Shown one piece after another: positions 25,681 to 39,340 of a stretch of 64,000 nt of DNA (position 1 is its first letter; each line of letters begins with the position of its first letter). Under the pieces are notes generated by a model that was not told the DNA's origin, did not search any database, and was given only the letters and a program-made list of their open reading frames with translations. Source of the DNA: Takakia lepidozioides (Eukaryota; Plantae; Bryophyta); assembly GCA_030704615.1 (NCBI GenBank), contig CM060733.1, positions 15,314,001 through 15,378,000 on the forward strand. Direction: 5' to 3'. The position numbers and the translations under genes were made by a program.

Positions 25681-26150
25681 ACTGACCAATATGGGCGGTC
25701 GCTTCATTTATAAATAAATAAATTACGGACGACCGCCAATATGGGCGGTCGCTTCATTTAAAAATAAATAAATTACGGGCGACCGCCAATATTGGAGGTC
25801 GCTTCGTTTATAAATAAATAAATTACGGGCGACCGCCAATATTGGAGGTCGCTTCATTTATAAATAAATAAATTACGGGCGACCGCCTATATGGGCGGTC
25901 GCTTCATTTAAAAATAAATAAATTACGGACGACCGCCAATATGGGCAGTCGCTTCATTTAAAAATAAATAAATTACCGGCGACCGCCAATATGCGCGGTC
26001 GCTTCATTTAAAAATAAATAAATTACCGGCGACCGCCAATACTGGCGGTCGCTTAATTTAACAAAATATTAAATTACAAGCGACCGCCAATATGGGCGGT
26101 CGTTTTTATTAAAAATAATAAATTATATGCGACCGCCAATATAGGCGGAC
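25681..26150. repeat. Right subterminal array: ~9 tandem 50-bp units
   Basis: GACCGCCAATATGGGCGGTCGCTTCATTTAAAAATAAATAAATTACGGGC recurs at 25731, 25781, 25831, 25881, 25931, 25981 and 26031. Confidence 0.93.
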
Positions 26151-26335
26151 TCATTTTTTTAGAAGAATTAATAAATATTAATAATTGGTCACGTCTATTT
26201 TACACCGTGGCTACCATGTCAGTACAAAGGGTAGAAGTAAATCGTAAAAGTCAAATATAAAAAAATATTACATGGATAAACGTCCGGATTCGACGTGACA
26301 TGACGCACGTCAGGAATGATAACTAGGATCAAAAC

Positions 26336-27337
26336 AGTCGTGGTCTCTCTTTCCATCTGACCATTCAATCGTATGACTGTGGAATTATAGTGTATTTCCT
26401 CACCCATCACAGCCGCTGAGATCCTCAGCTGTTTGCCTTTGCTCGTCCCAGGTGCATCCACATCCATCTTATCCTCAACCTCTTGCACAATCACAGCTGC
26501 AGCTGCACGTTGTATGCGTTTGGAACATTCAAACGTCCGATGGCCTATTTCATGACAGATGAAACACTAACCCAACCGTCGGTGTTCTTCTTGTTCCTTC
26601 TCTTATAGAGGTTTGGTTGCTAGAGCCCCAAATTTCTGATTACTTCGAGGCTCAGTCATTGTTGTCTTCTTATTGAACCTTTTCCAGTTCTTTCTTTTCT
26701 AACCTCCACCAAAAAGGAATGACTTCGGTTTGAAATCCCTGTCAATAGATGCATTTGTGCCCAGATGTGCCTTGTGCTGGCTCTCGAAGTTGATAGCTAG
26801 TCTATATGCATCAGCCTATGTCTTTGGCTCATATGCCTGAACCAAAAATCTGATTGCTTTGTCTAGCCCAGTCAGGAATAAATCTACCTGTCAGACTCCT
26901 TCAAGGAATAGAAGTATGAAGCTTGTTCGTCAAACTTCACCTTGTAGTCTGCCACACTCATTGTTCTCTGGCTAAGTTCCATCAAACCCATCTTCATCTT
27001 GTGCGCATAATCCTCTGGCAAGTACTGTTCTTTGAAGACCCGCTTGAACTTAGCTCATGTGGTAGTTGGATCTACTCTCCCTTCCAGACCCAGCTTCTCT
27101 TTCATTCTAATCCACCATTCTTTAGATTTGCCTCTCATTTGTAATGAGGTTGTGCGGATCTTATCTGCATCTGTATAGACCTCACTGAAGAACTCTTCCA
27201 GAGTCTCCAGAAAAGACAACACCTCAGTGCAAGGCACATTTAGGCAACCATGGAATTCAGGAAGATGCGTCATCTTCCTAATTTCTTGCGGCTGCCTCTT
27301 TCCAAGGTGGGCCCCCTATGAAGTACCCCAAGTTGCT
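26336..27337 (-). mobile_element. Gypsy gag and protease N-part (continuation of 7540-10740)
   Basis: LPEFHG...FLETLEEFF...DKIRTTSLQMRGKSKEWW gag; zinc knuckle CFICHEIGHRTFEC near 26520-26565; ends ETTTVL at the hAT junction. Confidence 0.88.
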
Positions 27338-30300
27338 CTAAAAATTAAAATCAACCAAAGTGGCTAGGGTGGCTAGGACGTCTAGCAAGCTTGCATGACC
27401 TGGGTGGCTATTTGCATGCCTTGTGAATGGGGTTATTACATGTGGGGCCCTCGTGGAGGGCTTGGCTAAGGAGGTTCTAGAATGGAGAGAGAGATATGAG
27501 GGATGACTCTTGTAGAATATGTGTGGTGAGGTCATGAACGAGGCTATAGCCAAAGAGGGAGCTCACCAAGAGGGAGGGTAGACTTCGTGCAAGAGTGGCA
27601 AGGTGGAAGCGGCAAAAGGTTGGCGCTAGGGTGGGCAGGGGATGCACCAATAGCGAGGTGTTGCAGCTACAAGTGGTGGTAGGGGCGACGACATGAATGA
27701 TCCACGGTGACCATATGTTTCAGGAGGTGCTTTATACACACACTCTCTCTCTCAATGGCCATCAATTTTATGGCTTGGTTGAGATTTTATTTTAAGAATG
27801 TGTCGTCATTATATTGGAGCAGAAATCTTCAAACCAAGCTCAAGATCGATATTTTACCAGCATATCATAAAGCACTCTGGCTTTGGGCTTGTAGCACAAT
27901 TTCAAATCAATCTCAAGATTGATTTACCCACATACCATAAAGCACTCCGGCTTTGGGCTTGTAGCTTCATAAATAAACGTTGAATTCTGGAATTATGAAT
28001 AGAACACAAACAAACATGGTTGATAAAAAGACCATCATCACAATATTCATCCTCTTCGTTGTAAAGTAACTACAAAGCATTGGCCTTTACTGGCAGTAGA
28101 CATATTCAGAGCCTTTTGTTGAGGGTGTGCGTTTTGGAGACTTGTTTTGTAAATGTGACCCTGACATGATGTCGCTCGTTATGATATACATGTTTTTGGA
28201 TTTTATGACGGATTACATGTCAACCTATATTTTTATTATCTAGCACTATCTGTATTCAACATTGAATTTTCTGCTCGGAATTACATCTCCGATGCACTTT
28301 ACTGTATTCCATTATTATGTCATATGGCTCTACACCGAGTTTATACAAGGAGTGAATATGAAGGTTGTGCATTCAATATAATTCTACTCTTATGAGTACA
28401 TTATCTCTAGTGTTGAATTACAACACTCTCTTTTCCATTCGCACCAAGGGGTTACATTAAGGGTTCACAACTAACACTTGTCACCTTCATCCTTTTTTTT
28501 AGCCCTGTGGGTGAAAAGTGTCACCCAACACCTATTCTACTTAACCCAATACTTGATCACACTAGGTGATAAATGTACAGTAGCGTTGAGTTATTCCTCC
28601 TCCATACCCGTTCGGACCAAAAATTAGCAATGTATCCAAAAATCCTAATTCACTATGTTCGCGACCTTCTCCGCCCTATTGTCTCCCTCCTCTCCTTTGT
28701 CGTCTTGTTTTGGTTGTTTCCGCAATAAGAAGCTTTTAAAATTTAAGGTTTCACAGCTTGGTTTGGGCATGCCAAGACTTGAGGTATCTTTGTGAGGTTT
28801 TAGGTAGTGACATTGAGCTCAAGGCTGTGGGGTTAACTTTTAAGGAGACTAGGAGTTGGCTTAATGGTCACACTAGACATATAATGTCGGAGACACTAGA
28901 GACACAACACTGAATACCCATCGACGTATAATCGAGGACATTCTTGGGAACACATTTCCATGGAACATACACATGGGAACGAAAATAATGAAATTATACC
29001 CTGGCAATGGAGAGGTCTGAATAACCCCCAACGCAAATCTAGGATATTTTGAGATTAAAGAATAGCACGGATAACGTTAGTTATCTCGGCTTTTAATTCC
29101 TCATATATCCTAATTGCAAACGTACATTTTTATAATGTTATATGTCATTATGCACCTTCAATTAGTTGGTGGAAATGAGCCTACCAACAAAGCCAATAAA
29201 TTTGGTCTATCAAACTCAAATCTCTTTAATGGGAAGTGCAAAAACAACTCTAGTATTTCTCATCTCCACTATCAATGCGCGCATGTTGTTTTTTGAAGTT
29301 GAAGCTGTCTACATATTATCCAACTATACATCGAAGAACAACATCAAGATTCTAATATTTGTCGATTCAAAAGAAATTGTATAATGCTAAGATATCAAAT
29401 TCTTGACAAACACTAGGTTTTTTCCTAAAATTGCAATTATCCTCTTAATGCACTAGGCCCAATTTGGGCCTCGGCTGATTTTCAATTGTGAATAGTTTTG
29501 TAGATGTTACTCAATTTAGGAAAATTTGACAACTGTATAGTGGATTTCTTAGCCGTGTGTAGAATCAAGTTTATGTTCAGGACAATGAAGTGCATATATT
29601 AAGTCCGACTCAGACGACTCAGACTCCGATCATTACGAGCGTGTTGAAAATGTAAAATTTGACCTCAGTGTTCATGATGTGATCGGTGATCCAAATATTT
29701 GGGACTATTGTGTTGATACTGAATTTAAAGCTATACATGAGGTGGGTGCATACGACTTGCCAATGAGACACACTCAATAGTTCGTTAGACGATTGTGATA
29801 GAAAAATGGGGACCTGTAATTCACACAGGCTTCTCAACACCCCACGATCAATATTAGCGCCATTCAATATTTTTCTTTGTGTACTAATTTACAGAAATTG
29901 TATCACCACCTCAATTGAAAACTGTCGCGTTGGTTTGGGTTATTGCACACTCGGATACCTACGTCATCACATAATATCCTCTTTGACCAGGATGACCCCG
30001 GAACCCAAATGACATCATCAGGTTACGATAATACTATATCTTTCGATAATTTGCCTCAATCACTTATCATCGTGGTTCATGATTATACCCCGTGTAATCC
30101 CTCTCACTGTCCTTCATCTTTCCTTTTGATTTTCATGTAACCCGAGTATCAACCTTCCTGTTTCTACTGATCGGAAAACCCGACACCATTGGTCACGCAA
30201 TTCGGCAACCCAATAGCCTCAAATCCCATCAAGTTCTTAATGCACTCCCCGTCAAAGACAGAGTAGATTCCGCTGAAACCAGCATAATTAAGGGCCACTT

Positions 30301-30550
30301 TACACTAGGAACCAAGACCAATAAATCGTGGGACCAAGAAGTGCCACTCTTGGGCTGTTCTTGGTCATTAAAATAATAAATTTCCTTGGGCCAAGAAATC
30401 ATTGTGTAAAGCCATCGAGACCAAACGTGTTGGCCAAGAACCCTAAACCTCACCTTATCCACTTTTTCTGGGTTTTTTTATTGTCACTTTTGTGGGCCTT
30501 TCAGCATCTTTGCTTCCCAGCTCAAAGCGTTAGAGTTTCCGTTTTTTTCA

Positions 30551-31150
30551 ATGGATCAGCTAAAACATAAGATTTTGACTCTATTAGTGTTCTTCATGGC
30601 AGCCCGACATGTTGTAATTGAAGTCTTGGCATTGCAGCAGTTGGTGTTGCATCAACAATATGATGCAATGATGATGATGACACTTCTGATCATAGAAGGG
30701 AAATGGGGTACAAGGGACAGATCTTTGTGGAAGTATAAAAGACTTGGTGGATTAATTATGGGCGATTTTTCAGAGAAGATGTTCCGGCAACGATCGTGTC
30801 GTGTACCTAAGCATCGTGCCACAACATACATCGTACCACAACATATTGTGGTATAGCTTTTTAGGATTGTGTGCTTAGATTGTGTGGTGGACAGTGATGT
30901 ATGTTGTGGCACGATGCTTAGGTGCACGACTGCGACAATCGAGGTTAAGCTCTGCAACTTTCAAATATTTGTGTACCATTTTGGCTCTTTCGTTGGCTCG
31001 GACTGATATACAAATGAAACGTAATATTCCTTTAGAAACTAGGGTTACAATTGATCTTTCAAGATTAGGAAGTAGTAACGTATTACGTATGGTGAGCATT
31101 ACGGTTTGGTAGAAAGTACAACATCTCTCATTGTGAGATATTTTTGTGGA
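30551..31150 (+). pseudogene. PIF/Harbinger transposase N-terminal fragment
   Basis: DFSEKMFRQR / RLSSATFKYLCTIL...TDIQMKRNIPLETRVTIDLSRLGS...ESTTSLIV matches the Harbinger nuclease N-terminus. Interrupted by a MITE. Confidence 0.75.
30795..30934. mobile_element. ~140-bp MITE-like palindrome inserted in the Harbinger fragment
   Basis: ~35-bp inverted repeat GTCGTGTACCTAAGCATCGTGCCACAACATACATC / GATGTATGTTGTGGCACGATGCTTAGGTGCACGAC. Confidence 0.75.
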
Positions 31151-31317
31151 GTTGTAGACCAAATACGAGGGGTCTTACAATCACTTTGTTTGTCATTACA
31201 ATCTTGGTTAGTCCATGACATAGATAACACTGCAGTGAAAGAAGACAATTATCTATGTCATTCTATAAACATATCAAACTATGAACCTATCTAGTTAGAT
31301 AATCAACTAGTTGTCTT

Positions 31318-32315
31318 CACTACTGCAATGGGGGGGTAGGGACACCCAAGCGGCCTCCCTGGGATTGGTAATGGGGCTAAAGCCCCCGCGGCTAAGTCCC
31401 AGATAGCGACCCCTACGCCGTCGGAATAGCGTCGCTAAAACGGGGTCGCTAAATATGGGGTTAAGACCGATCCCTAGAGGGTTAGTAAAATATCCCACGA
31501 ATTTTGAAAAATGGCGGGATCCACACGATTAAAAAAATGACAGGACACACACTTAGCATCGAATTAATGTCAAACCTAACCCCTGAGCATGTGTTCACAA
31601 GTAGCCCAGCACCTATCAAGTTCATAAATCATTCAACGTGTTGTTAGGCAAATTTGAACTCAAGACCTCTAGATTATACATACAGTAAGACACTTTACAC
31701 TAACCAACATATCAGTTACAAAACTTACACACAAATAAACATAGCATTTAATTGTACATAAGGTAGTTCATGCAGACATGGGTTGCTCGTCGGGACCTTA
31801 AAGTGACACTCTTCGCGTCGTTCAAATGTAAGAGACGTTTCTGACGTCGTTTTTCTTGTACCCTCTACTGCAGAAACCAAAAAATGATCAAATCTTTAGC
31901 TGAGGCTTTGCTAAAAATGACTTAGCAAGTATTTAAAAAAAAATCATTTTTTTTTCTTCAAAAAACGACCTCCATGCATCGTTTTGTTTTGTTTTGTTTT
32001 GTTTTGTTTTGTTTGTTTGTTTGTTTTTGTTTTTGTTTTGTTTTTTTTTTTTTTTTTGGGTTTTTGAAATGACGCCTTGGGCGTCGCTACCTCCCAACTG
32101 ATGTCCGGAAGGTCGCACCAGGGGCCGATCCCCAGTGTGTCGCAGCTGGTCTGCGACGTCTTTTTTACTTTTTATCAGATAAGATTTGGCCAAAATTCAC
32201 ATTTTTGTGGATTTCGACATTATGTTTGCAAGGAGGCAAGCGACGTCCTGGGCGTCGCACAGGAGAGGCGCCATTGGGGGACAGACGTGGCTAAACCCTT
32301 CTAAACGTAGTAGTG
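31318..32315. mobile_element. Non-autonomous CACTA-like element
   Basis: Termini CACTACTG... and ...GTAGTAGTG, with subterminal GCGAC/GTCGC motifs. The 3-bp flanks (CTT/ATG) do not match. Confidence 0.55.
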
Positions 32316-33729
32316 ATGTTGACTTATGTTTATTTTTATTTTTATTTATATGATCCATGGAGTGAAGGAAGAACCCAACGCTAATTCGAATGATCTGATC
32401 TGAATGTTTCCTGTCGACAAGCCCTTCTTGTTGACAGATGTTCAGCCTCCATTCTGGTTGCTTGACACTGACTGACTGTTAGGTGGAGTGTCCATGCTTG
32501 TTGCTTCGGGAAATTTTATTTCACATCGTCACCTTACTACAAGTTCACATCATTCATGCAGAAATTACATATTCCTTAATGATGGACTTTGTGTAGGTTT
32601 ACATGATGAGTCTCCGTTCTAAATTCTATAAAGTGTCCATATATCCCAAAATTGAGATTCCAACATGCTACTTGAGATGATGGGATCAAGTCTAGCCTCT
32701 TGTTTTCCTCAACATACTATCCACTACAATGATGACCAACACTTTAGACTAATTTCTATGTTAAGTTGTTAATTGTATGCAAGTAATGCTATTTTGGTTA
32801 CTAATCTATGAGATCCCTGCTGCAAATTAAGCTATGACCAACACTGCTCATGTCATGTTCAAGCCTTCAACCAACATATCTCACTTCCACACTTAAGGCC
32901 AAAGAACTTAAACAAAAAAGACTGCATACTCTTTCTTTATTACCCACGAAGATAGGGATTCAAGCAACATACTTCACTACATCTCACTCTCCACAACTCC
33001 GATAGATCTGATCCTTCAGCAGACTCAAAAACTTAATTTCATGACTAAAAAGCCTTCAGCATGTGCACCAAAACATCATCTCATATTGCCCATCAAATCT
33101 GGACTCCAACCAGCTTACATCTCTTTCTTTACTCACAAGTCCAAGGTGTTTATTCCTTCTCAAGTCTTGCTCCCTCAGTGCCCTCATCCATACAGAACGG
33201 TGCGTCGAGATGCCGCTAATTTTATGGTTAACCCATCTCCTCCGGTTTTTATTTCGTAGATCGCGGGTATTTCTCATTCTCTCGGTCTACCTTGCATGCT
33301 GATATTGCTCATGTCTCTTAGCTACTCTGTAGCTATCACCTGTCATCAATCCGGATGAATAACCATATATTTCTACACTAATTGCTGTCTTTGTTCATCT
33401 GTCAGTCATCCAATTTCCCAACCAGATGCGTTTTATTTATTCATCTACATAGTGTCTTTTTCCATCCCTGTTTCATCTCACTTCGTATCGTCTTCCTCCC
33501 AACTCCCGAAACTTTGCCCAAAATTCGCATCACTACTACATTGTGGAAATCGTTGTTGTTCTACAGCTGTAGAGCTCTCATTTCCTTAGCTACCTCCGTT
33601 CGCGGAGGTCTCCTTCTCTTTCATGCCAGTGTCCCCCATGGTGTGCAATTCCTTCAAGTCGCGACGTTTCTGTTTCCATTGTCTCCATGCTCCGTCTTGC
33701 AAGATGCATATTTTGGCTAAGCTGTATTA

Positions 33730-34420
33730 TTTTTCATGCTCTATCAGTAGATAGGGGTCTTCCCAAGGATCCTTCATCTTCTGATTCTTCCCTGGTCTGA
33801 ACATCATGACTAGACTCTGATCTTGAAGGTGGTGGAATTCCACATGGTGCTTGTGTCTGACAGTATACCCTTTCTGCTGCTGTTTTTGTACTCTGCCGAC
33901 ATTGTCATGAAGTCGCTCTGTGATAGCTCGAATCTCCCGTATCTTTTGGGCCATCATCTCCATCATGGTGTTGTCATCATCGTTCAGCTTCACCAGTCCC
34001 GTAAGTGTTCCAATCACATTGTCAATCGACATCCTCATCTCCCTGCTAGTGAGTACCTTGTATGCTAAGAAGTTGGTTATGGCCTAAATGTTAATTCGGT
34101 AGCCGAATGTTGCATTGTACATATATCGATTTCATTTGCGACTTGTCTCTCCTCCCTTTGTCACTATGCTTTGTTTGAGTGTTTTGATTAATCTCTTCTC
34201 TATGCCATTGCATTGTGGCTTGTAGGGTAGAAAGTATTCTTGCTTTATGTCAAATCGCTCACATACGTCTTCTAATTCACCCTTCCATTCGCTTCCTTGG
34301 TCATTCAGTACTACATGAGATCGATAGATAATATGCTCATCCAGAAACATGTTAGTGCAGTTGTATGTTCGGTTACTGGTGCAACTTCCACCCATTTAAT
34401 GGTCTACCGCAATCACTGCA
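33730..34420 (-). pseudogene. Gypsy integrase remnant
   Basis: VIAVD...VEVAPV; VVLNDQGSEWKGE; PYKPQCNGIEKRLIKTLK; WEDPY motif. Confidence 0.65.
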
Positions 34421-34435
34421 TATTAAAAATAAAAA

Positions 34436-35873
34436 ATCATATCAAAAATCGACTTTATAATCAGTAATTGTTTTAAAAAAAATTCACCCCTAAATTATCC
34501 GATACAAAGTGCATACCTGGAAATCAACATTACTATTTTATTTTATTTTAATAAAATCAGAAACATTTATATATATATATAAAATAGGACTGTCATGCCC
34601 TCGTATTTGGTTTGTTGGCGGTCTTAATTTTTAAAAATAAAAAATAATCAAAATCCGGATCGTCATTATGGCGTTCTTAAATCATGTTTCAAATTTTTCT
34701 TGAAAATAAATTGGGACTGCCAAGCTAGCGCTTGTGTTTGGCTAGTAGGTCTGCTCGTAGTCCCGGATTATTTCAAAAGCTTAAAAAAAACAAAACCCCA
34801 CCACCAGGCCATCATTTGTGGTTGGATGGAGATCCGCTGACAGTCCTGATTTTTGGAAAGAAAATAAAGATTAATTCAGACTGCCCTTATGGCGGTCTCG
34901 AACTGTTTTTCAAAAAAATTCAACCAATTCAACATCCCAAGCCAACGCTTGTGGTTGGCTGGCAGTCTCCTAAGGGTCCCGATTTTTTTAAAATAAAAAC
35001 TAATTAATTCGGCCATTGTAGCAATTTTGAATAATTTTAAAAAATATTTAAAAAGATAATCGAGATCGTCAAGCCAGCGATAGTGGTTGGTTGATGATCC
35101 CCTGGTATCCAATATTTATTTTTAAATCGAACCACCAGGACTGCCATTGTGGCGGTCCCGTATTATTTTTAAAAACTAAAATAAAACCGGAACCGCTAGG
35201 CCGGCGCTTGTGGTTGGCTGGTGGTCTCGATTTATTTTTAAGAAATAAAAATACATTCGGATAAAACCAGGACCGCCACATCAGTGCTTGTGGTTGGCTG
35301 GCGGTCCTTCAAGATCGCATTTTTAGAAAATATAAAATAATTCAGACCGTCTCTTTGGCGATCTCGATATTTTTTAAAATAAAAATTAATTCGGACCGTG
35401 ATTGTGGTGGTCCCCGATTATTCTTTAAAAAAATAGGAAAAAAACACAAGGACCCCAGACCAACTCTTGTGGTTGGCTGACGGTCGTTTGGCGGTCTTGA
35501 TTTTTTAAAGAAAACGACCATCATTGTAGCTAGTATGAAAAATCAATAAAATTTATCGAGACCGTCATGCCAGCGTTTGTGGTTGGCTAGTATTTCGAGT
35601 TTTTCTTAAATGAAAACTAATCTGGACCACCATTACGGCGGTTCCAAATTTTTTAATTTTTTAGAAAATGAGAATATTAGGCTAGCGCTTGTGGTTGGTT
35701 AGCGATCTTCTGGCGGTTCCAAATTATCTTAAAAAATCAAAGAAAATAATCCGGATCATCATGTCGACGTTTGCGATTGTTTGAAAGTCTGTGGCGGTTC
35801 AGATTTATTAAAATAATTAACAGCAGAAATTACAGATTTGTAGATCGCCATTGGCTGAAACAAATGATCCCAA

Positions 35874-35912
<39 letters not shown>

Positions 35913-38886
35913 ATTAAGACCGTCATGTTTGTTTTTGTCATTTGAAACTGTTTGGTATTTCTGCATATGTGCATTGCACATAGGCTGCCGCCTTAACAAT
36001 GAGAAATTAAAAAGAGTAATAAGAAAACAATTTTTCAACGTAAAGTCGATTTTGAACTTTGACGTGTTTTGCGCCATGTCACATCATAATTGACAGCTGG
36101 GGAGATAATATATATTTTTATTCCCTATTATTTTTAATAATTTTTATATGAAATTGACGTGACGCAGGCCCACGTCAATGTTAGGTTTGAGACGAGTTCC
36201 TACATGGAACGCGATGAAAAACCCAAGGTTTTCCCTTGGGATAATTGGAAATATGTGCTAAAATAAATAGTATTCCCCTACAAGTTAGGAAGCATGTGCT
36301 ATGTTATGAGAATTTTTTATTACGAAAACAACAAACAGGGGAAAGTGTTCGACATTTCCACATGATATCGTGGAACTTGCAATTAATAGACATTTCATTC
36401 AAATATTGTTTCCTTGATTTTCTTTTGTTTGGAAAAAAACAGACTGGACCATAACATTTACATGGTTCCAGTTGCACAATGATGGAACTTAGATAAAACT
36501 CTAAAAATTGCATGGCTTGGACAATACAGTCGTGCAGTCATGAAACGATTAGAGGGACATATGTAAGCATCATCGTCACACCTAAGCTCACCAGCTATAT
36601 TCCTCATCATATGGATCGGAACAGTTCAAAATGTCTCATGTCGAACATCATGTAAACCATCTAATTCCTTCGATAAAATCGCATGAAATGGAGGTGATGA
36701 CAGCTCATTGCTGGCCAAACAAGATTTGTTCACAAATACATGTAGGTCATCTTCCCCAAAATTATTGTGGCCTGGACTTTGATTTTTAGCTTTGAAAGCT
36801 CTTTGGGTTGATCTAGTCATGACACGTATCTTTGCCACCATGATAAATTGGACAAACTCCCTGAGTCACTCACTGACTTTACAAGGGAATTAGTCTTCCA
36901 GTGCCTAGATGTAATATTTGCAATTGTTGTTTTTTTAAGATTGTATGATGCATTGGGGCTTGGCTACGCATTGAAGCTTGGACAATGCATTTGCAAATGT
37001 TGTATTTGTAAGATTGCATGTTGTATTGCATTATATTTGTAATATTGCGCACATGTCAGGTACTACCAGGCTGTCTTTGTGCTTCAGCAAAGCTGCTGCT
37101 GCCTATGGCATTTTGAACCCACTTACTCTAACCAGCTGTAAATCAGAAAATATGAAAAAGATGACGGTCTTAATTTATTTAACATAATAATAATAAAAAT
37201 TTAAGATCATTTGTTTTAGCCAATGACGATTTAGTATTCTGCAATATCTGCTGTCAATTATTTTAATAAATCTGAACCGCCACATACTTTCAGCCAATCG
37301 CAAACGCTGACCTCATGCTCCGAATTGTTTTCTTGATTTTAAAATAATTTGGGACGGCCAACAGATCGTTAACCAACCACATGTAACATTTTTATTTTAA
37401 AATAAATACATAATTTGGGACCGCCATAATGGTGGTCCAGATTAGTTTTCATTTTTATAATAACTCATAACCACCAGCCAACCACAAACGCTGGCATGAC
37501 GGTCTCAATAAATTTTATTGATTTTTTTAAATAATTTGGATCAGCTGTAATGACAGTCATTTTCCTTAGAAAGATCAGGACCGCCAAATGACCGTCAGCC
37601 AACCACAAAAGTTGGTCTGGGGGTCCATGTTTTTTTTCCTATTTTTTAAGAATAGTCGGGAACCACCACAATCACGGAATGAATTAATTTTTATTTAAAA
37701 AAAACATCGAGATTGTCATAGAGACTATCCGAATTATTTTATATTTAAAAAAACAAACGTGATCTTGAAGGACCGCCAGCCAACCACAAGCACTGGTCTA
37801 GCGGTCCTGGTTTTCTTCTTAAGAAACAAATCAAATAAATTGGAACAACCACAATGGCCATCCGGATTATTTTTTATTTTTTCAAGAAAATAAATGTTGT
37901 CTGAATTGATTTTGTTTGAAAAAATAATTCGGAGCCGCCAACCAATCAGAGGCACTGGCCTAGTTGTCTTGATTGTTTTTAAAATAATAATAATAATAAC
38001 TCGGGACAACGCCAATTGCAATCCGAATGTATTTTTATTTTTAAAAAATAAATCGGGACCGCCAGCCAACCACAAGCTCTAGCCTGGCGGTTCCGTTTTT
38101 TTATTTTATTTTATTTTTTAAACAATAATACGGGACCGCCACAATGGTGGTCATATTCAATTTAAAAATAAATAAATTGGATACTAGGGGACCGTCAACC
38201 AACCACAATCATCGGCTTGACGATCTCGATCATATTTTTAATATTTTTTAAAATTATTCGAAATTGCCACAATGGCCTTGCGAATTAATTGATTTTTTTT
38301 TTTTTTTGGAAATCGGGACCGTTAGCAGACTGCCAGGCAACCACAAGCGTTGGCCTGGGATGTTGAATTGGTTGAATGTTTTTGAAAAACAATTCGAGAC
38401 CGCCATATGGGCAGTCCGAATTAATCTTTATTTTCTTTCACAAAACCAGGACCGCCAGCGGATCTCCATCCAATCATAAATGATGGTCTGGTGGTGTTGT
38501 TTTTTTCTTTTTTTTCTTTTGAAATAATCTGGGACTACGAGCGGACCTGCTAGCCAAACACAAGCGCTAGCTTGGCGGTCCCGATTTATTTTCAAAAAGT
38601 TTTTGAAACATAATTCTACAACGCCACAATGACGATCCGAATTTTGATTATTTTTTATTTCTAAAAATTTAGACCGCCAACAAACCAAATATGCAGGCTT
38701 GATGGTCCCAATTTTTTTTTTACATATGAATATTTAAAAATATTTTTTATTCAAATATTTCTGAATTTATTAAAATTAAAAAAATAATAACGTTGATTTC
38801 CAGGTATGCACTTATTGTCTCGGATAATTTAGGGGTGAAAAAAGTTTAAGAAAAATTACTGATCATAAAGCCGATTTTTGATGTGA
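34436..38886. repeat. Large imperfect inverted repeat (arms ~34436-35925 and ~37160-38886) built from a non-autonomous DNA element
   Basis: CACCCCTAAATTATCCGATACAA..GTGCATACCTGGAAATCAAC is mirrored by GTTGATTTCCAGGTATGCAC..GGATAATTTAGGGGTG. Colinear TTGTGGTTGGCTGG / CCAGCCAACCACAA motifs throughout. Confidence 0.88.
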
Positions 38887-38964
38887 CGGGACGTGCGTCA
38901 CGACATGACTTCCGGCGTGATGCTGACGTATTTACGCCATGTCACGTCATTTTGTGCAACTATG

Positions 38965-39340
38965 ATTCTTTTTTGAAATGACACAAAAGATTGGAAGAAA
39001 TCTAAACCCTACTGAAGGTTCTTTCATCCACACGGAAATATGCAAGAGATTTTTTTTGACATGACAGAACTAGACAAGTGCAGAAGGTCTTGTAAACCTG
39101 CACACACTATCAAACAGCCAGGGATTCGGGGCTGTTAGGATTTGACAACACCAAACTACAAAGTATTTTACAGGATTACATTGGATACAACGGGTATCTA
39201 CCCAAAACAAATGAAGGAAATCACTATGCATTGATTGCCGTAGACCATTTTTTTAAATAGATAGAAGTTGCACCAGTAACCGAACACACAGCTGCACTAA
39301 CAGCCAGGTTTTCTGAAGAAGCAGATTATTGATCGATACA
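38965..39340 (+). pseudogene. Gypsy integrase remnant, inverted paralog of 34320-34420
   Basis: LPKTNEGNHYALIAVDH...EVAPVTEH. GAAGTTGCACCAGTAACCGAACA is shared with the minus-strand copy at ~34365-34390. Confidence 0.65.

Larger units (their letters stand above)
10749..26327 (+). mobile_element. Giant (15,579 bp) cargo-carrying hAT DNA transposon
   Basis: 8-bp TSD ATCAAAAC at 10741-10748 and 26328-26335. TIRs CCCGGTTATCA / TGATAACTAGG (9/11). Subterminal CGTCA motifs and GCGACCGCC arrays at both ends. hAT transposase inside. Removing the element restores the Gypsy protease ETTTVLIDPGSSHNF. Confidence 0.92.

Noticed and set aside
25681-26150. CRISPR-like array of regularly spaced palindromic repeats
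   Set aside because: Spacers are near-identical AT tracts, there are no cas genes, the context is eukaryotic, and the position fits hAT subterminal repeats.
27340-27693. 5' LTR of the split Gypsy element
   Set aside because: No similarity to 6630-7526. It looks like a fragment of an unrelated LTR, and the PBS region is truncated.
28154-28456. Solo LTR (TGTGACCCT...GGGGTTACA)
   Set aside because: Ends fit, but the 5-bp flanks GTAAA/TTAAG do not form a convincing TSD.
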